From contig JBFMAY010000024.1 in assembly GCA_040755455.1 (NCBI GenBank), forward strand, positions 1-63,452: 63,452 bases of DNA. Direction: 5' to 3'. The first letter of the stretch is position 1; each line of letters opens with the position of its first letter. Of the stretch, positions 58,873 to 63,452 are shown piece after piece. Source of the stretch: Thermodesulfobacteriota bacterium (GTDB lineage: Bacteria; Desulfobacterota; Desulfobulbia; Desulfobulbales; SURF-16). A program made the translations under genes and the position numbers. The notes below the pieces were generated by a model. The model was not told the origin of the DNA, did not search any database, and worked only from the letters and a program-made list of their open reading frames with translations.

Positions 58873-58952
58873 TGGTGAGGTGAGCAACGGGCTATATCAT
58901 TATCTTATTTTTCAAGACCCTGATCCCGCGCATGCGCGGGGCTTCATTCACC

Positions 58953-58996
58953 GCCCCGTAGGGCGCAATATGCTCCGCTATTGCGCCCTACGGGGC
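58953..58996. repeat. GTAG-type REP palindrome
   Basis: GCCCCGTAGGGCGCAATA-8 nt-TATTGCGCCCTACGGGGC, an 18-bp perfect stem. Confidence 0.75.
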
Positions 58997-59432
58997 TTAT
59001 CAGCTCCATGAGGCTCAACCTCCAATCAATTTCCTTGTTCTCAGCAATTTGCCAGATAGGGCAATTTGCAAGATAGGACTTGCGAAATCAGAATATATGG
59101 GGCATTATTCCATAAATTATTGGAAATATATGGAGTTGCCATGACTGAATTCATCAGTCGGACGGACTCGCGTGCTTCATTTCTCGTACCCGGCAAGGCG
59201 TTTCATCTACGGGTCGCGCCGGGCCAGCAACCGACCCTGTTCAAATCGTATCTTGCCTCCTGCGGCCCAAGTTACCGCCAGGTAACAGGGAACCGTGTCC
59301 GCATCTCCATCTGAGGACCGCACGGGACAGCAAGACGGGGATAGCACCCTGACGGATAAAACAAGGAATCTTGATGGTCTCCCAGACAGACTGATTCAAA
59401 AAAATAAAACTCAATTCAGCAAGGAGAACCCC

Positions 59433-59825
59433 ATGAAAAAAACCATCAACGTTGGACTATTGGCTTTCTGTATGTTGCTTGGGAGCGCATCCGTCCTTAT
59501 AGCCGGCGAAACGGAGAGTGGCAAAGCGGTTCAGCATTCCGGACAGGCTTCATCCCAGGCATCCCAGGCGGCGGTGCATGGTGCCGCTGCGAGCGGACAG
59601 GTCGTTTCCGGCGCCGCAGCCGTGCCTTTAGCGGCCAGTGGTGCTGCCGGACTTGCAAGCGGCGCTGCTGGAGCCGCAAGCACCGCCGCAGCCGGAGCAC
59701 TTTCGGAAGGCGCCGGCATGGTTTCGGGACAGCCGCTGCCCGTGGCTGAGGAAGCCATCACCGCCGGTCCGCCGCCCGATCAGGCCCTTAAGCAGGACGA
59801 ACAACATAAGCCCGCAAAACAATAA
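59433..59825 (+). CDS. secreted Ala/Gly/Ser-rich hypothetical protein (paralog 1)
   Basis: AAGGAG RBS, signal peptide, HSGQAS..ASQA...ASGQV.S...AVPLA.S...PLPV.EE..TAGPPPDQALK. Confidence 0.82.
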   Translation: MKKTINVGLLAFCMLLGSASVLIAGETESGKAVQHSGQASSQASQAAVHGAAASGQVVSGAAAVPLAASGAAGLASGAAGAASTAAAGALSEGAGMVSGQPLPVAEEAITAGPPPDQALKQDEQHKPAKQ

Positions 59826-59846
59826 CTGTTCCGAGAGGGAAAGACT

Positions 59847-60638
59847 ATGAAACATGGCCGACGTTTTTTAATCGCAGTTCTTTGTGCGATATTCCTCTTG
59901 CCATCGCTATCAGTTGCCAGTCAGAGCGGTGGTGAGATTCGCTTTTCTCCGGAAACCATTATCGGGTTCGCAAAAAAGGTGGAAAAGGCCATGGCTGCCA
60001 AGGGGGCGCGAGTGGCCTTGGTCGCCAGGGTAGGCCGCCCGCGGGAAAAACTCCCCGAAGGCATCTCCTGGACCCATACCGGCATTGCCGTCTACTCCCT
60101 GATTACAACCGCAGATGGCCGTCAACTCCCAGGCTATGCCATGTACAACCTCTACCAGCGCAACAAGGAACCTGATGTGAGCGACTTGATCATGGATTAT
60201 CCGGTGGATTTTTTCGGCGGTGTTGAGGTGCTGGAGGCAGGCATTGTGATTCCTACTCCGGAACTGCAGAAGCGGATTCTCGAGATAATAAGCTCGGAAA
60301 CCTACAAAAAGATCCACAATCCCCACTATTCGGTCATAGCCAATCCCTACACCCTCGATTACCAGAATTGCACGGAACATACCCTGGATGTGGTTTTCGC
60401 CGCCATCTATCAAACCAACGATATCAAACAGATCAAGGCAAACGAAAAGGCATATTTCGAGGCCCAACCGGTGAATGTCAGCCCGATCAAGCTCGCTCTC
60501 GGTTCACTCTTTGCCGCCGATGTCACGGTCAGCGACCATCCAAGTCAGCCGGTCACCACGACCTTTGAAACGATCAGCCGTTTTCTGCAAAAATTCGGAG
60601 CGGTAAGCGAATCTTTTACAGTTACACCGACAAATTAG
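59847..60638 (+). CDS. DUF2145-like secreted protein (permuted papain-like His...Cys order)
   Basis: Signal peptide; ARVALVARVGR...WTHTGIAV...YSVIANPY..DYQNCTE. Confidence 0.75.
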   Translation: MKHGRRFLIAVLCAIFLLPSLSVASQSGGEIRFSPETIIGFAKKVEKAMAAKGARVALVARVGRPREKLPEGISWTHTGIAVYSLITTADGRQLPGYAMYNLYQRNKEPDVSDLIMDYPVDFFGGVEVLEAGIVIPTPELQKRILEIISSETYKKIHNPHYSVIANPYTLDYQNCTEHTLDVVFAAIYQTNDIKQIKANEKAYFEAQPVNVSPIKLALGSLFAADVTVSDHPSQPVTTTFETISRFLQKFGAVSESFTVTPTN

Positions 60639-60691
60639 CAAAACCTGGCAAAGAAACCTCAATATCCATAGAATAGGAGGGGCAGTCAACC

Positions 60692-61048
60692 ATGAGAAAA
60701 TATATCTTTTTGATTTGCTTAATTATTTTGTTGGGAATATCCGTTCGCTCCTTTGCCGGAGAAGCCGCCAGCACCCAGGCGGTTCTGCACTCCGGCCAGG
60801 CATCGGCACATTCTGCCCAGGCCGTCTTCTCTGGGCTCATCGCCAGCGGGCAAGTCGCCTCGGCGGTTTCCGCGACTCCCCTGGCGCTTAGCGCCACCGC
60901 CGGAGTGGTGAGCGGAGAGGCAGCCAAGGTACTCATGGATGCCGCAACCGCACCCATAGGCACCCCATTACCAGTGACTGAAGAAACTTATACGAGTGCC
61001 GGTCCGCCGCCCGATCAGGCCCTCAAGGTGGAAGAAAAAAAGTTATAA
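60692..61048 (+). CDS. secreted Ala/Ser-rich hypothetical protein (paralog 2)
   Basis: AGGAGG RBS; same motif order as 59433-59825, including AGPPPDQALK. Confidence 0.82.
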   Translation: MRKYIFLICLIILLGISVRSFAGEAASTQAVLHSGQASAHSAQAVFSGLIASGQVASAVSATPLALSATAGVVSGEAAKVLMDAATAPIGTPLPVTEETYTSAGPPPDQALKVEEKKL

Positions 61049-61069
61049 ACGAGTTATAATGCCGAATCA

Positions 61070-61208
61070 AAAAATGTGCCGGCCGATATCTGTGATACAT
61101 GCGGCGAATATTATCTGTCCGACAGCATCACGGAACACCTTTTAACCCGCGCCGAGGAAGCGATCGCCAAAGGGGGTTGAGGTGGAAATCCTCCGCTTTG
61201 CCGCGTAG
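61070..61208 (+). pseudogene. YgiT-type zinc-finger (MqsA-like) antitoxin remnant
   Basis: Hand translation KNVPADICDTCGEYYLSDSITEHLLTRAEEAIAKG, then a frameshift in the G-run to VEVEILRFAA*. The first CxxC and the start codon are missing. Not in the ORF track. Confidence 0.72.
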
Positions 61209-61411
61209 CCTTAAGCCTTGGGCCGCTGGCGCCTGGGTCAATATTTATCCTTGACAAATACCAGACCAGCGAATGCACACACCACTAAACTATACCCCGT
61301 GTAATTCCACGTCGTAATTCCAGAAACGGCATATTTGTTCCATCAGAGAGTTGTGCGGCCTCGCCGCGCAACTCCTGGCCCAGAGCACTGAGGGGCGTGC
61401 GGAGAAGCCGA

Positions 61412-62164
61412 TCACCGGAAACGCCAGGTGGCGGCAAGCAGGCAGGCCTCCCACAGGCGGCGGGCAAATGTCCCATGGCCCATGGTCCGCTGCCAGGCGG
61501 TAAGCGAGCCGGTGGCCTGGGCGTCACTCAGGTAATGGACATGCCAGCCGGCCCGCCGGGCGCGAAGACAGAAGTCAACCGGCCAGTAAAGGGCCAGGCC
61601 CGGATGAATGCCGCCGATGTCATCGAGCAGCAGACGGCTTGCGGTGAGGCCCGGACCGGCATACCAGTCCGCCTCGCCGCCGGCAAACTCATTCCAGCCG
61701 ATAGCAGGCCGGCCGGGGGGCTGCGGGCCTGTTGCGGCAAGCAGGGAGACAAAGGAGGGGAAGGTTCTGGCCACCGGCTGGATCTCGCCCCGGTCATCCC
61801 GTATTTTCGGGCCGGCCACCCCCGCCTCCGGCACCTCGTCGAGAAACTCGACAAGTCTTTGCAGGCAACCGGCGGATACCACGGTTGCATCATCCCAGAT
61901 GGAAAAATAACGACCGCGGGAGGCGGCAATGGCCCGGTTGATGGCAGGGCTCACCGCGCTGCCGGGATGCAGGGCCGCAATGGCAAGATCGGGAAATTCG
62001 GCCTGCAGGGCGGATAAGTCCCGCCGCTCACCACGGCAGAGGACAAAAACCTCCAGAGAGACATGGTCCGCCGTGTCATGCACGGCGCGCAGAAAACGGC
62101 CCATGTTTTCCGGGGGGCCCAAGGCCGCCACGCAGACGGAGAGGTCAGGGAGCGGCTCAACCAC
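61412..62164 (-). CDS. glycosyltransferase family 2-like protein (divergent)
   Basis: DLSVCV, AINRAIAASRGRY....DD, PEAGVAGPKI, DFCLRARRAGW.V.Y. Confidence 0.75.
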   Translation of the reverse strand: MVEPLPDLSVCVAALGPPENMGRFLRAVHDTADHVSLEVFVLCRGERRDLSALQAEFPDLAIAALHPGSAVSPAINRAIAASRGRYFSIWDDATVVSAGCLQRLVEFLDEVPEAGVAGPKIRDDRGEIQPVARTFPSFVSLLAATGPQPPGRPAIGWNEFAGGEADWYAGPGLTASRLLLDDIGGIHPGLALYWPVDFCLRARRAGWHVHYLSDAQATGSLTAWQRTMGHGTFARRLWEACLLAATWRFR

Positions 62165-62165
62165 G

Positions 62166-63452
62166 TTAAATCTCCGCCAGCTTGCTCCTCACCGAGGGGA
62201 AAAGATTCAGATCGGTGTGCGGCAGGAAAAGGGCGGCCACGTAATGGTGCATGAACTGGGGATTCTCGCTGAGTTCCATGTTGGTGATGAGCCGGCTCAC
62301 CTCGCCGCGCTGCCGGAAACGCTTGTGATCATCCAGGCTGATCTGGGCCCCCAGCAGGGAGCCGTTGCCCAGATAGAAAAACTTGTCCCGGTCGAGATCA
62401 GGCAGCAGGCCGATGCTGATGGCCCTTTCCAGGTCGAGATAGGCGCCGAAATTCCCCGCCAGGATGATGCGATCGAGATCGGTAAAGGTCATGCCGACGG
62501 ATTCGAGCAGGGTCTGGTAGCCGGCATACATGGCGCCCTTGGCCCGGATCAGGTTGTCGATATCCACCTCGGTGATGACGATATCCTCGCCGATCAGCGA
62601 ATCCTTTGACCAGGCAAGCACATACTCGTAGCCGTCATGGCCTTTCCTGATGCGGGGATGCTCAATGCTCCGGTTGAATTTGCCCTGCTGGTCCACCACC
62701 CCCGCCTCCAGCAGTTCGGCGACAATGCTGATGAGGCCCGAGCCGCAGATGCCGCGCGGTTTGGTGCGGTCAATGGTGACGATCATCGGATCATAGGTGG
62801 CCGGGTGAATCTGGAAATTCTCAATGGCCCCGCTGCTGGCCCGCATGCCGTGCCTGATGCCGCCGCCCTCAAAGGCCGGACCGGCGGAACAGGCGGTGCA
62901 CATCATCCAGTCCATGTTGCCCACCACGATCTCGCCGTTGGTGCCGATATCAATGAACAGGGTCAGCTCCGGGCTCTTGTGCATCTGGCAGGCATGCACC
63001 CCGGAAACAATATCGCCGCCCACATAGCTGGCAATGGACGGGTAAAGGAAAAGACGGACCGAGGGGTGGGCCATGACCCCCAGTGAGGCGGCGCGGGTCA
63101 AGGGGAACTGGCTGCAGGCCGGCACATAGGGGGCCTCGCGCACGAATTTCGGATCAATGCCGAGCAGCAGGTGGGACATCACTGTGTTGCCGGCCGCCAT
63201 GATATAACTGATGTCGCTGGGGCTGATCATCACACTCTTGCAGACCGACTCGATGATCTCGTTGATGGTGTGCACCACCCTCTCCTGCAGGGTGCGCAGA
63301 CCGCCGGGCCGCTGGGAATAAATGATACGGGAAATGACGTCCTCGCCGTAACGGATCTGGCCGTTGTAGGCCGAGGCCTCGGCCAGCACCTTGCCGGTAT
63401 TGAGATCCATCAGGATACCGCTCACCGTGGTGGTGCCGATATCCACCGCCAG
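62166..63452 (-). CDS. ASKHA-type corrinoid reductive activator (AcsV/RACo, DUF4445); 5' end lies outside the window
   Basis: VDIGTTT, YGEDVISRI, AGNTVM.HLL, YVGGDI, IDIGTNGEI, CSAGPAFEG, GICGSG, LAGNFG. Confidence 0.92.
   Translation of the reverse strand: MAVDIGTTTVSGILMDLNTGKVLAEASAYNGQIRYGEDVISRIIYSQRPGGLRTLQERVVHTINEIIESVCKSVMISPSDISYIMAAGNTVMSHLLLGIDPKFVREAPYVPACSQFPLTRAASLGVMAHPSVRLFLYPSIASYVGGDIVSGVHACQMHKSPELTLFIDIGTNGEIVVGNMDWMMCTACSAGPAFEGGGIRHGMRASSGAIENFQIHPATYDPMIVTIDRTKPRGICGSGLISIVAELLEAGVVDQQGKFNRSIEHPRIRKGHDGYEYVLAWSKDSLIGEDIVITEVDIDNLIRAKGAMYAGYQTLLESVGMTFTDLDRIILAGNFGAYLDLERAISIGLLPDLDRDKFFYLGNGSLLGAQISLDDHKRFRQRGEVSRLITNMELSENPQFMHHYVAALFLPHTDLNLFPSVRSKLAEI

Overview
A GC-rich bacterial chromosome segment; the gene content suggests an anaerobic deltaproteobacterium such as Desulfobulbales, which is an inference. 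The core is housekeeping and energy genes: aroD-aroE-aroA, class II DAHP synthase, pgi, monomeric icd, manB and a complete echABCDEF [NiFe]-hydrogenase operon. Corrinoid/Wood-Ljungdahl accessory genes are acsE, a partial acsV/RACo, and a cobalamin-riboswitch-controlled ThiC paralog best read as bzaF. Also present are Mla-like and ABC-2 transporters, a split-Soret cytochrome c and a secreted ~8-heme cytochrome with a PKD domain. AT-rich patches lie between these genes. 1-2070 has a truncated FRG gene, att-like repeats, a degenerate integron attC and a HI1419/HI1420-type toxin-antitoxin pair. 20400-24130 has a PIN pseudogene and a 14-repeat beta-propeller/FN3 protein. 41470-43100 has an orphan lipoprotein cassette whose attC carries a 111-bp MITE inserted at the GTT crossover triplet. 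The best unannotated candidates are: (i) a ~150-nt sigma54-promoted sRNA with anti-Shine-Dalgarno hairpin loops at ~4005-4160; (ii) integrase-less attC cassettes and the attC-targeting MITE; (iii) tandem SET-domain genes upstream of a TonB receptor-YfiR pair; (iv) a DUF2145 gene flanked by two paralogous secreted Ala-rich proteins. No CRISPR array, rRNA, intact tRNA, integrase, reverse transcriptase or intact transposase was seen. All calls are from reading the sequence; no database search was run.
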